The notes beneath the pieces were generated by a model. It saw only the letters and a list, made by a program, of their open reading frames with translations, searched no databases and was not told where the DNA came from. Positions 47,901 to 56,082 of a DNA stretch of 64,000 bases are shown one piece after another. Position numbers and translations under genes: made by a program. Position 1 is the first letter of the stretch. Every line of letters begins with the position of its first letter. The DNA is taken from assembly GCA_016764435.1 (NCBI GenBank), contig JAESRX010000064.1:25818-89817 (forward strand), written 5' to 3'. Origin of the DNA: Flavobacteriaceae bacterium (GTDB taxonomy: Bacteria; Bacteroidota; Bacteroidia; Flavobacteriales; Flavobacteriaceae).

Positions 47901-48721
47901 TCTCCTGGAGCCACACCATATACGTTTTTCATAGAATATTTAAGCGCCGTCGCATAACCTCCCGTATCGCGTAAAATACCTTTTGGTTTTCCCGTAGTTC
48001 CAGAAGTATACAAGATATACAAAGGATCTGTAGCCAACATTTCCACACAGGCAGCAGGTGCCGATTTTTCTACCAAATCTACATAATCTACAAAACGTTC
48101 TGTCTTAGTCATCAGGGCTCCTAAACTCCGTTGATACACCACTACTTTCGCTGGTTTATGAGTGGCCAAGTCTATCGCTTCATCCACCATCGGCTTGTAG
48201 GCGATTAAGCGGTCTACCTCTATTCCAGAAGTGGCAGTGATTAACACTTTAGGTTTACAATCATCAATTCTAATGGCCAATTCATGGGGTGCAAAACCAC
48301 CAAACACGACCGAATGGATGGCACCAATTCTCGCACAGGCCAACATACTAAAAGCCGCATGTGGAATCATGGGCATATAAATTATTACCGTATCTCCTTT
48401 ATGCACTCCTAAATCTCGCAATCCACCCGCCAAGCGTTCCACTTCACTTTTCACCTCATCATAGGTGAATTTGACCACTTTTTGAGTTACAGGAGAATCA
48501 TAAATAATAGCCACCTGTTCCCCAAAACCATCTTCGATATGCTTATCAATTGCCAAATAACTAATATTTAACCTTCCGTCTGCAAACCAGCGATCAAATC
48601 CTTGCTCATTTTTAGACAAAATTATGCTTGGTTCTTTATACCATGCTATTTCACTCGCTTGTTTCTTCCAGAATTTTTCAGGATGGCTAACACTTTCGTT
48701 GTAATGCTCTTGATACTTCAT
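44903..48721 (-). CDS. Tandem fusion of two complete acyl-CoA synthetases (PrpE-like N-half, Acs-like C-half)
   Basis: One continuous ORF of 1272 codons with two full AMP-forming ligase units. Each has its own AMP motif (YTSGTTGKPKG, YTSGSTGKPKG) and C-terminal PKTRSGKI(L/M)R motif. The junction linker is SDAIIEEQETLDDHQIDSY. Confidence 0.85.
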   Translation of the reverse strand: MKYQEHYNESVSHPEKFWKKQASEIAWYKEPSIILSKNEQGFDRWFADGRLNISYLAIDKHIEDGFGEQVAIIYDSPVTQKVVKFTYDEVKSEVERLAGGLRDLGVHKGDTVIIYMPMIPHAAFSMLACARIGAIHSVVFGGFAPHELAIRIDDCKPKVLITATSGIEVDRLIAYKPMVDEAIDLATHKPAKVVVYQRSLGALMTKTERFVDYVDLVEKSAPAACVEMLATDPLYILYTSGTTGKPKGILRDTGGYATALKYSMKNVYGVAPGDVFWGASDVGWVVGHSYIVYGPLLNRNTTIIFEGKPVRTPDASTFWRVISEHKVNVMFTAPTAIRAIKKEDPNGEFIKKFDLSSLKFQFLAGERCDTATLEWTQEHLGVPVIDHWWQTESGWPMLSNMAGMELLPIKPGSAAKAVPGYNVQILDEQGTEVGPNQEGLVVVKLPLPPGNMLDIWGDTARFVNGYLKRFDGYYLSGDGGYKDADGYVFITGRVDDVINVAGHRLSTAEMEEIVSSHPSVAECAVFGIQDALKGQVPLALSVLKSGDYISSFELEHNIVQMIRKEIGPVASLKKVLMVKRLPKTRSGKILRKLLRNIADGVAYTIPSTIDDPAVVDEIIHVFKLHKIGVFSDAIIEEQETLDDHQIDSYIKYYKKYQHSINDPEGFWGEIADTFYWHKKWDKVLEYNWDEPKFEWFKGAKLNITENCLDRHLLTRPNKRAIIWEPNNPDEAVREFTYKQLHAAVCKFANVLKNRGVKKGDRVCIYMPMIPELAIATLACARIGAVHSVVFAGFSSLALSTRIKDAACKIVLTSDGAYRGAKSIDLKVIVDEALETCPTVETSIVYNRINAAVTMKEGRDVWWHDELEGVSDVCPAEIMDAEDLLFILYTSGSTGKPKGMVHTCAGYMVYTAYSFKTVFQYEENDVYFCTADIGWITGHSYIVYGPLGAGATTLMFEGIPSYPDFGRFWAIVAKHKVTQFYTAPTAIRALAAHPTSFIDKHDISSIKVLGTVGEPINEEAWHWYDEKIGKQKSPIVDTWWQTETGGIMISPLANVTPTKPTFATRPLPGIQPVLVDTKGTELMPNPSDGRLCIKFPWPSIARTIYNNHARYKETYFTAFPGMYFTGDGAFRDLEGNYRITGRVDDVIIVSGHNLGTAPIENVINEHSNIVESAIVGYPHDIKGNALYAYVIVYEVPENEDFLRKEINDLISRTVGPIAKLDRIQFVSGLPKTRSGKIMRRILRKIASNDRSNLGDISTLLNPEVVAEIIEGAL

Positions 48722-48834
48722 ATTCTATATTTTTGAGGGTTCGTATGTTCGCCGTAATTACAGGCGTGTATGATTTACAAGGGATATTTACCAATATCAA
48801 ATTGTATGATTGTTTCGTTGCTTATACGCGTATT

Positions 48835-49203
48835 TTAATTTCTATTTACTAATTCCTTGACTTCTTTGACTAGTTTTTTAGTAGAGAATGGTTTGGCAAT
48901 GTATTTATCTGCCCCTAGCCCCAATCCTTTTTCTATGTCTGTGACTTTGCTTTTCGCGGACAAAAAGATCACTTTTATCCCCTTTAATTTCTCCGTTTCT
49001 TTTAGGTGTTTTATCACTTGATACCCATCTACTTTCGGCATCATAACATCCAATAATACGATATCTGGAATATTCTGAGCAATGGTGGCCAATGCCTCCT
49101 CTCCATCTCTCGCAATAAACACTTGAAATCCTTCTTTTTTAAATAAATATTCCAGGGACATGACTATATTTGGTTCGTCATCTACAATTAATATCTTTTT
49201 CAT
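48835..49203 (-). CDS. Stand-alone receiver (CheY-like) response regulator, no output domain
   Basis: 122 aa with DDEPNI, the LLDVMMP phospho-acceptor context and KPF. The gene directly abuts the kinase stop (49203/49204). Confidence 0.9.
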   Translation of the reverse strand: MKKILIVDDEPNIVMSLEYLFKKEGFQVFIARDGEEALATIAQNIPDIVLLDVMMPKVDGYQVIKHLKETEKLKGIKVIFLSAKSKVTDIEKGLGLGADKYIAKPFSTKKLVKEVKELVNRN

Positions 49204-51894
49204 CTATCCTTTAATTATTAGAGAAAATGAAACTTTCGCTCCTTTTTCCAGATTATTTTCGGCCCAGATTTTTCCTTGGTGACTCTCCACTATTTGTTTG
49301 CTAATGGCGAGTCCTAATCCGCTACCGATGGGTTTTAAAATATTTTGATTTTTAGATTGGTAAAATTTATCAAAAATCAACTCCAGTTCATCCACTGGAA
49401 TTCCTTTTCCGTTATCCTCTATGGACACCTGTAAATAACGCCCTACCAACTTCGTATGAATCACTACTTTTCCTTCATTGCTTTTAGAAAACTTAATCGC
49501 GTTGGTCAATAAATTTATCAAGACTTGAATAATCCGATCTTCATCATAATCAAGCACCTCTTTTACAACATGTCCTTTTACAATAATTACATTATTTTTT
49601 TGGGCAAACTGCCTCACTTTTTCTATTGATTTTTTAACTGTTTGTTGAATCTCATGTCTCTTCAGGTCCAAGGCTTGCTTTCCCACGGCTAATTTCTCAA
49701 TATCTAACAAATTATTAATCAACCTACTTACCCGTTCACTTTCACTTAAAACACTCCTTAAAAACTTTTTTCTGATCATTGGATCTATGTCTTCATCATC
49801 CAACAAGATTTCAGAAAAAGCCCTGATAGAAGTGATGGGTGTTTTTAATTCATGTGCCACCGTATCTAGAAAATCATCCTTTTGCTTGTCCTTTTCCTTC
49901 AGTTCTATATTGGAACTCTTTATCTTATCTGCAAGGTGTTTTAATTCTGCCGATTTTTCACGCAACTCTTTATTGGATGCTTTTGCTTTCCGAGTTTCAT
50001 CTAAAATACTTAAGACTTCAGGCAAACTTATCTCCTCTTCTTTGACCACCGTAGAAATCAAAATCCTAGCAGACGCACTTCCGATAGTTCCCGTCAATAA
50101 TTTTTCAGAAAAATTAACCAATCGCGCATCCGCGAAAGGAGAATCTTTATCCAACTCATATTTGATATAAAATAAATTAAACGCTCTATTGGTTCGATTC
50201 ACACCTAAAAAACGATTTAAAATACTCTTTAAATCTTTCACATAAGCCTCCCCTTTCCACACATAAGCATCCTCGTGCAGGGCCGCGTATTTTGTATGAT
50301 CCACAAACATTTCTGCAAAATTAAGTTCTCTATAACTCCCCGCTTTACTCACCGAAATAATCACATAACAAGTCAGGTTAAAAAACAAACTCCAAAAAAA
50401 GGCATGTGGAACCGGCTCTAGAAATTGCAAGCCAAATAGTTGATAAGGACGTAATAATTCCAAGCCGAACAATCCCTCTTGCACAAAAGAACTATCGATG
50501 GATTGTGAGTCAATTGTAAAAGGAACAATCAAGGTAAAAAAGGTCACTAAAAACCCTACTAAAATCCCCGCTTTACTTCCTAATGACGAACCTCTTCTCC
50601 AAAACAAGCCTCCAAAAAACGAAGGCGCCAACTGCCCTATTATCACAAAAGAAATCAATCCTATAGACACCAACGAACGTTCCAATGTGAAACTTTTATA
50701 AAACAGGTAGGCAATGATGATCAGCGAAAATATTGCCAACCTACGAATGGTCTTTATGGATTCTGTATTCTTTTGAGATCCTTCTTTACTAAATTTACTC
50801 AAAAACCCATAGGGAATAATCAAGTTGTTACTCAGCATCGTAGAAAGTGCCAATGTAGCGATCACCACCATGGACATGGCGGAAGAAAAACCACCCAAAA
50901 ACACTATCAACGCAATGATTTTATGTTCGTAAAACAAAGGAATCATCAGTGTGTATAAATCGGCATCCACCTGTTGATTTTGAAAAATAATATTTCCGCC
51001 CCAAGCGATAAAAATCACAAATACATTGAACAATAACAGGTATAAAGGGAACAGCCATATTGCTTTTTTTAAATATTTTTCACGTTCATTTTCTACCACG
51101 GTAACCTGAAATTGCCGTGGCAATAACATAATGGCAAACATGGATAGCATGCTGAGAAAAAACCAATTAAAGCCACCTTCTAAACCTCCAATATCTAATT
51201 GCTCAGAAAAACCAGGAAGCAACGATGCCTGTGCTACAATTTCCGTAGGCCCATTAAATAAATAGAAACTTACATACACACCGATCCCAATAAAAAAGAC
51301 CAATTTAAGCATTGATTCTACGGCTACTGCCATTACTATTCCCTTATGACGTTCCGAGGCATCCGTATTTTGGGTTCCAAAAAAGGCAGCAAAAACAGCC
51401 AATAAAATAGCGATGTAGAAAGTCGTGTCCGTGAGTACCTCACTGCCAGAAGAAACATGATTTGTCAGCAGATTAAATGTTTCCGAAATAGCTTTTAATT
51501 GTAGGGATATATAAGGAACAATGGCCAATACACATACCACTGTGACGATAGCACCTAACAAGCGATCGTTTCCATAACGCAGGGAAATAAAATCAGCAAT
51601 AGATGATATTTTGTTTCCTTTAGAAATACGCATAATCTTACGCATTAACACGATCCAAGTAGGAATAATAATGACAGGCCCTAAATAAATAGTTAAGAAT
51701 TTCAGCCCAGAACTCGCGGCCAATCCAACGCCTCCATAATAGGTCCACGCAGAACAATACACGGCCAAAGACAAAGTGTATACATAGGGATTATTCACCC
51801 ATTTACTTTTCGCATTTTTTTCCGCCCAAAAAGCTACGTAGAAAATAAATCCTAAATAAGCGATAATAATGGATATGACTAAAAGGCTACTCAT
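49204..51894 (-). CDS. Sensor histidine kinase with N-terminal Na+/solute symporter (SLC5/SSS) domain (CrbS/CbrA-like)
   Basis: The first ~500 aa form a polytopic SSS-like domain, followed by a coiled coil, an H-box (FLDTVAHELKTPITSI) and N/G boxes (LINLLTNAIKF, GSGLGLAISKQIV). Confidence 0.85.
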   Translation of the reverse strand: MSSLLVISIIIAYLGFIFYVAFWAEKNAKSKWVNNPYVYTLSLAVYCSAWTYYGGVGLAASSGLKFLTIYLGPVIIIPTWIVLMRKIMRISKGNKISSIADFISLRYGNDRLLGAIVTVVCVLAIVPYISLQLKAISETFNLLTNHVSSGSEVLTDTTFYIAILLAVFAAFFGTQNTDASERHKGIVMAVAVESMLKLVFFIGIGVYVSFYLFNGPTEIVAQASLLPGFSEQLDIGGLEGGFNWFFLSMLSMFAIMLLPRQFQVTVVENEREKYLKKAIWLFPLYLLLFNVFVIFIAWGGNIIFQNQQVDADLYTLMIPLFYEHKIIALIVFLGGFSSAMSMVVIATLALSTMLSNNLIIPYGFLSKFSKEGSQKNTESIKTIRRLAIFSLIIIAYLFYKSFTLERSLVSIGLISFVIIGQLAPSFFGGLFWRRGSSLGSKAGILVGFLVTFFTLIVPFTIDSQSIDSSFVQEGLFGLELLRPYQLFGLQFLEPVPHAFFWSLFFNLTCYVIISVSKAGSYRELNFAEMFVDHTKYAALHEDAYVWKGEAYVKDLKSILNRFLGVNRTNRAFNLFYIKYELDKDSPFADARLVNFSEKLLTGTIGSASARILISTVVKEEEISLPEVLSILDETRKAKASNKELREKSAELKHLADKIKSSNIELKEKDKQKDDFLDTVAHELKTPITSIRAFSEILLDDEDIDPMIRKKFLRSVLSESERVSRLINNLLDIEKLAVGKQALDLKRHEIQQTVKKSIEKVRQFAQKNNVIIVKGHVVKEVLDYDEDRIIQVLINLLTNAIKFSKSNEGKVVIHTKLVGRYLQVSIEDNGKGIPVDELELIFDKFYQSKNQNILKPIGSGLGLAISKQIVESHQGKIWAENNLEKGAKVSFSLIIKG

Positions 51895-52081
51895 AGTGCT
51901 TTTTTAATAAAATATAGGATACAATAATACTAAGTGCCCATATAAAAAAGATATAAACAAACAAGACAGGTAAGCCAAAAAAGCTCCCTGTTTTGTTAAA
52001 TATCAGTAAAATTGGAATGTTTAAACAGCCCAATAACACCAATGATATTACGATTAATTTTTGTTCGTGTCTTTTTTTCAC
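51887..52081 (-). CDS. Small 2-TM membrane protein (DUF3311/YhdT-like symporter accessory?)
   Basis: 64-aa ORF whose stop overlaps the kinase start by 8 nt. It has two hydrophobic helices. Small subunits of this type often precede SSS-family genes. Call is tentative. Confidence 0.45.
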   Translation of the reverse strand: MKKRHEQKLIVISLVLLGCLNIPILLIFNKTGSFFGLPVLFVYIFFIWALSIIVSYILLKKHYE

Positions 52082-52168
52082 TCAGTCACTATTAGTGGTT
52101 AAAAAAAACGGGATTGTCTGAAAGGGACATTTTTATCCAAACAAGCCCGACTACAAATTTTATCTTTA

Positions 52169-53878
52169 TTAATGATCTACAGCATCACCCGCTCCAGAAG
52201 GAATACGAATGTCTTCAACAATATCCTGAACTTCCTGTGGTGGTGGTGGTGTAAAGCGTGACACGATCATAGAAACCGTAAAGTTGGCTAACATAGCAAT
52301 GGTTCCAAATCCTTCTGGGGAGATTCCAAACCACCAGTCAGATTTTAAAGAAGCAACAACTTCTTTTCCTCCACCATCAAATATTCCAAACTTGAATTTC
52401 ATCATATAGAAAATCATAAATAACAATCCTACAATCATTCCAGAAATGGCACCTTCCTTGTTCATTCGTTTGTCAAAAATCCCCAATAAAATAGCAGGAA
52501 AAAAGGAAGCAGCTGCGAGCCCAAAGGCCAGCGCGACCACCGCGGCGACAAAGCCAGGCGGATTGATTCCGAAATATCCGGCGACTAGCACTGCGACGGC
52601 AGCACTCAAACGAGCGGCAATCAATTCTCCTTTTTCCGAAATTTTAGGATTGATAATCTTTTTAATTAAATCATGAGAGATCGAGGAGGCAATCACCAGC
52701 AGCAATCCTGCGGCAGTAGAAAGTGCAGCTGCCAGACCCCCAGCTCCTACCAGCGCAATCACCCAGTTAGGCAATTGAGCAATTTCTGGATTGGCCAATA
52801 CCATAATATCACGATCAATACTCAGTTCATTTAGTTCTTTATTAGCGACATACTGTACTATTCCATCCCCATTTTTATCTTCAAACTTTAGCAAGCCTGT
52901 TTTCTCCCAATTGCCAAACCATTCCGGCAATTCAGCATATTCTTTATTACTCACTTCTTCGATCAATTTGATCCTAGCAAATACTGCTACCGCTGGAACC
53001 GTTGTATATAAAATAGCGATAAACAATAAGGCCCAACCTGCAGATTTACGGGCATCCGCCACTTTAGGCACGGTAAAGAAACGTACAATTACGTGTGGTA
53101 ATCCCGCAGTTCCTACCATTAATGCTACCGTAATGGCAAACACATCTACCATGGATTTTTGACCAGAAGTATATTCATGAAAACCTAATTCCCGTTGCAA
53201 TCCATCTAATTTATCTAACAGATACACGCCGTCAGTACCTTCACCTCCAAAACCAATTTGAGGAATCGGATTTCCGGTCATTTGAAAAGAAATAAAGATG
53301 GCGGGTACCATAAAGGCAAAAATCAACACACAATATTGCGCGACTTGGGTATAAGTAATTCCTTTCATCCCACCCAATACGGCATAGAATAAAACAATAC
53401 CCATTCCGATATAAACTCCGGTATCAATCTCTACTTCCAAATACCTTGAGAATACAATTCCAACACCACGCATTTGTCCTGCTACATAGGTAAAAGAGAC
53501 AATTAAAGCGGCGATAACAGCCACGATACGTGCCGTATTTGAATAGTATCGATCTCCAATAAAATCAGGGACTGTAAACTTTCCAAACTTACGTAAATAC
53601 GGGGCTAATAACAGGGCAAGTAATACATATCCTCCAGTCCATCCCATTAAATAGACCGAACCATCATAGCCGGTAAATGAAATAATACCTGCTAAGGAGA
53701 TAAATGAGGCAGCTGACATCCAATCTGCGGCCGTAGCCATTCCATTTAAGATAGGTGGAACTCCTCCTCCAGCAACGTAAAATTCTTTAGACGTTCCTGC
53801 GCGCGCCCAGATGGCAATTCCTATATATAAGGCAAAAGTGATCCCTACAAGGATCCAAGTCCATGTTAATATTCCCAT
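52169..53878 (-). CDS. Na+/solute symporter, large subunit (VC_2705/ActP-like carboxylate transporter)
   Basis: 569-aa polytopic SSS protein (FYVAGGGVPP, MSAASFISLAG) immediately downstream of a DUF4212 small subunit, a known pairing. Confidence 0.85.
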   Translation of the reverse strand: MGILTWTWILVGITFALYIGIAIWARAGTSKEFYVAGGGVPPILNGMATAADWMSAASFISLAGIISFTGYDGSVYLMGWTGGYVLLALLLAPYLRKFGKFTVPDFIGDRYYSNTARIVAVIAALIVSFTYVAGQMRGVGIVFSRYLEVEIDTGVYIGMGIVLFYAVLGGMKGITYTQVAQYCVLIFAFMVPAIFISFQMTGNPIPQIGFGGEGTDGVYLLDKLDGLQRELGFHEYTSGQKSMVDVFAITVALMVGTAGLPHVIVRFFTVPKVADARKSAGWALLFIAILYTTVPAVAVFARIKLIEEVSNKEYAELPEWFGNWEKTGLLKFEDKNGDGIVQYVANKELNELSIDRDIMVLANPEIAQLPNWVIALVGAGGLAAALSTAAGLLLVIASSISHDLIKKIINPKISEKGELIAARLSAAVAVLVAGYFGINPPGFVAAVVALAFGLAAASFFPAILLGIFDKRMNKEGAISGMIVGLLFMIFYMMKFKFGIFDGGGKEVVASLKSDWWFGISPEGFGTIAMLANFTVSMIVSRFTPPPPQEVQDIVEDIRIPSGAGDAVDH

Positions 53879-53912
53879 GATTAAAAAGTTTTGTTAGTTA
53901 GTAGTCAGTTAG

Positions 53913-54170
53913 TTAATCCTCGCTGTATCCGTATTTTTTATCCAATTTATTCATCAGTTTCATATAGACAAAAATAAGGATGACAAATACATACATCGCT
54001 CCTTGTTGCGCAAACCAAAAGCCCAATTTAAAGCCTCCAAATTTGATGGTATTCAATTGTTCTACCCATAAGATTCCGGCTCCATAGGAAACTAAAAACC
54101 AAACGATCAGCAATAATGCCAAGTATTTAAGGTTTTCTCTCCAATACGCCTGTTTGTTAGTTCTAGACAT
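53913..54170 (-). CDS. DUF4212 small subunit of solute:sodium symporter
   Basis: 85 aa with 2 TM segments. YWRENLKYLALLLIVWFLVSYG and FWFAQQGAMYVFVILIFVY are typical of the family. Confidence 0.8.
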   Translation of the reverse strand: MSRTNKQAYWRENLKYLALLLIVWFLVSYGAGILWVEQLNTIKFGGFKLGFWFAQQGAMYVFVILIFVYMKLMNKLDKKYGYSED

Positions 54171-54182
54171 CGTAATTAGATT

Positions 54183-55379
54183 TTAAAAATTATATATGGC
54201 AGACACAGACACTCTAACGTTTGCTACATTATCTACCCCTGCTGTTTCAATTGTTTTGTAATCAGCTCCTAGGGAACCGTATAATGCGGAGGTATATTCT
54301 CCTTCCACACCTATTTTCATATTTCCAGATTTCCATCCCACTCTTGGTGACAGCCTGTAAGAATTAGCAATGGTAGCTCCTAAACCATACATGCTCCCTG
54401 TAACAGCGTCCTTAAATCCTCCATTTTCTGTATATCCAGCAAATAATCCCCATTCTGTTGACTCAGAAATATCTCCACTAAACTCTGTCCAAAATGAGGT
54501 GGTTTTACTCGCGGTAAAATCTCCATTTGCCATTTCTCCAATCGCTCCTATCGACAATAAATCAGACATATTTTCTCCATAGGTCGCTTCCCCTTTCCAA
54601 GTTACTTTTCCTAATTTTGTTCTGAAATAGCCTATATAAGCCATGTTGGTCATATTCTTTTTTCCTAATACAGGTCTCAATGTCTTCATATTCACACCAA
54701 AACCACCTAGAAACTTACGTTTGTCCCCAAATTGCAATTGCGCATGTACCTGAGGAATTCCTGCATCACGCACATATTTAGACGTAGTTCCAATAGGACC
54801 TCTACTCGCAAAATCACGCTCTGAAAACATCACTCCTATAAATTTCACTTTTCCTTTGGTTTCGACTCTCAACTGAGGATTCCTTGCAAAAGGCTGAAAG
54901 GGAACTCCCGTACTAAAAGAATAGGTTCCAGGATAAACTGCGGTTACAAACATTGGATGCCAGTATTGCCCTAAAAAGATGTTTACGGCATCATTGGACA
55001 ACTTTATAAAAGCATGTCGCAATCTAAATCCGTTAATATCACTATTCGTATGTCCAAAAAATGCGCCCTCTACCATTCCTGAAGTTTCCATTCCGAAAAA
55101 ATCAGGTCCAGAAAACTTTGCACGCAATCTGGTCTGTACGGCTAATATGTTAAAATTGGCTTGATCATTTATATCTTTTCCATTTATGATTTTCTCGGAG
55201 GCAGGAAATAATAAAAAATGTCCCTCTCTTGCATTGACTGTTTGTCTGGAATCAAACATATAATCCACCTTAACAAACCCACTAAACTTTACACTTACTT
55301 TTTTATCGTCCTTTTGACCATAACTTAAAAACACGCCTACTACTAAGAGTGCTACTACCATTGAAATTTTACGTTTCAT
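54183..55379 (-). CDS. Outer membrane porin-like beta-barrel protein
   Basis: Signal peptide (MVVALLVVGVFLSYGQ), alternating beta-strand pattern and a C-terminal aromatic residue (...SAIYNF). First gene of the transporter operon. Confidence 0.7.
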   Translation of the reverse strand: MKRKISMVVALLVVGVFLSYGQKDDKKVSVKFSGFVKVDYMFDSRQTVNAREGHFLLFPASEKIINGKDINDQANFNILAVQTRLRAKFSGPDFFGMETSGMVEGAFFGHTNSDINGFRLRHAFIKLSNDAVNIFLGQYWHPMFVTAVYPGTYSFSTGVPFQPFARNPQLRVETKGKVKFIGVMFSERDFASRGPIGTTSKYVRDAGIPQVHAQLQFGDKRKFLGGFGVNMKTLRPVLGKKNMTNMAYIGYFRTKLGKVTWKGEATYGENMSDLLSIGAIGEMANGDFTASKTTSFWTEFSGDISESTEWGLFAGYTENGGFKDAVTGSMYGLGATIANSYRLSPRVGWKSGNMKIGVEGEYTSALYGSLGADYKTIETAGVDNVANVRVSVSAIYNF

Positions 55380-55502
55380 AAATTAATTTCTTAACTATTA
55401 ATAAATTGTTTTATTCTTAAAATTTGCTTTCACAAGTTGCAAAGAAAAACAACTTTAGTAAAATTTGATATACTATTTTGCTAAATAGTATAGTTATTTA
55501 CA

Positions 55503-55653
55503 TTGACCGCTTCTAACCATCGCCTGTAAACAGTCGCAATGAATGTTTTACATCGCCCTAAAAACAGCTAGGACAAGCTATAGACCTCTATACTAAGTAG
55601 CTATAAAACCAATGCTACTTGACCGCACAATTAATAGCATCGCCCAGAAAAAC
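55503..55653. promoter_or_regulatory. Direct-repeat array upstream of the porin operon (TTGACCGC ... CATCGCC-N3-AAAAC modules)
   Basis: CATCGCC[C]nnnAAAAC occurs three times (55518-55533, 55551-55567, 55638-55653). TTGACCGC occurs twice (55503-55510, 55619-55626), each 15-19 nt upstream of a CATCGCC unit. The motifs are GC-rich in an AT-rich spacer. Confidence 0.35.
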
Positions 55654-55662
55654 TACTAGAAA

Positions 55663-56082
55663 TTAATCTTTAAAACGTTCCCAGCGGATCAACATGTATT
55701 TATCTCCCAGTTCGGTTACAATAACCCCTGCTCCACTCAAGTTATCCGTAGAGGAAAAATACTTCGCAAGCTCCGTCGCATTTAGAATTTTATAGGTAGA
55801 ATGATACTCAAAACTATACGGGCGTTTGATATTGTATTTTTTCACCCAATTGATAATACTCACATGAGAAATTCCAAGAATACGTTCTATTTCTCGATAG
55901 CTCAACCCTTCTAAATACAATTGCAAGGCTTTGTTTACATAATAGGAATCTATTTGCTTCCCTATCTTATTCACGGTAAAGTAATAACTACATTTTTTAC
56001 ACTTGTAGCGTTGCCTTCCCTTCACAATACCACTCTTCACATAGGTATCAGAATTGCAGTTTGGACAAAATTCAATGGTCAT
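55663..56082 (-). CDS. InsA-like zinc-ribbon plus HTH protein (IS1 N-terminal-domain-like), no transposase domain
   Basis: CPNCNSDTYVKSG...YKCKKCSYYFT zinc ribbon and LEGLSYREIERILGISHVSIINWVKKY HTH, with a 50-aa unrelated tail. There is no InsB-like ORF and no terminal inverted repeats nearby. Confidence 0.7.
   Translation of the reverse strand: MTIEFCPNCNSDTYVKSGIVKGRQRYKCKKCSYYFTVNKIGKQIDSYYVNKALQLYLEGLSYREIERILGISHVSIINWVKKYNIKRPYSFEYHSTYKILNATELAKYFSSTDNLSGAGVIVTELGDKYMLIRWERFKD

Noticed and set aside
55663-56082. IS1-family insertion sequence
   Set aside because: Only the InsA-like N-terminal domains are present. There is no InsB/transposase ORF, no frameshift site and no terminal inverted repeats, so it is not annotated as a mobile element.
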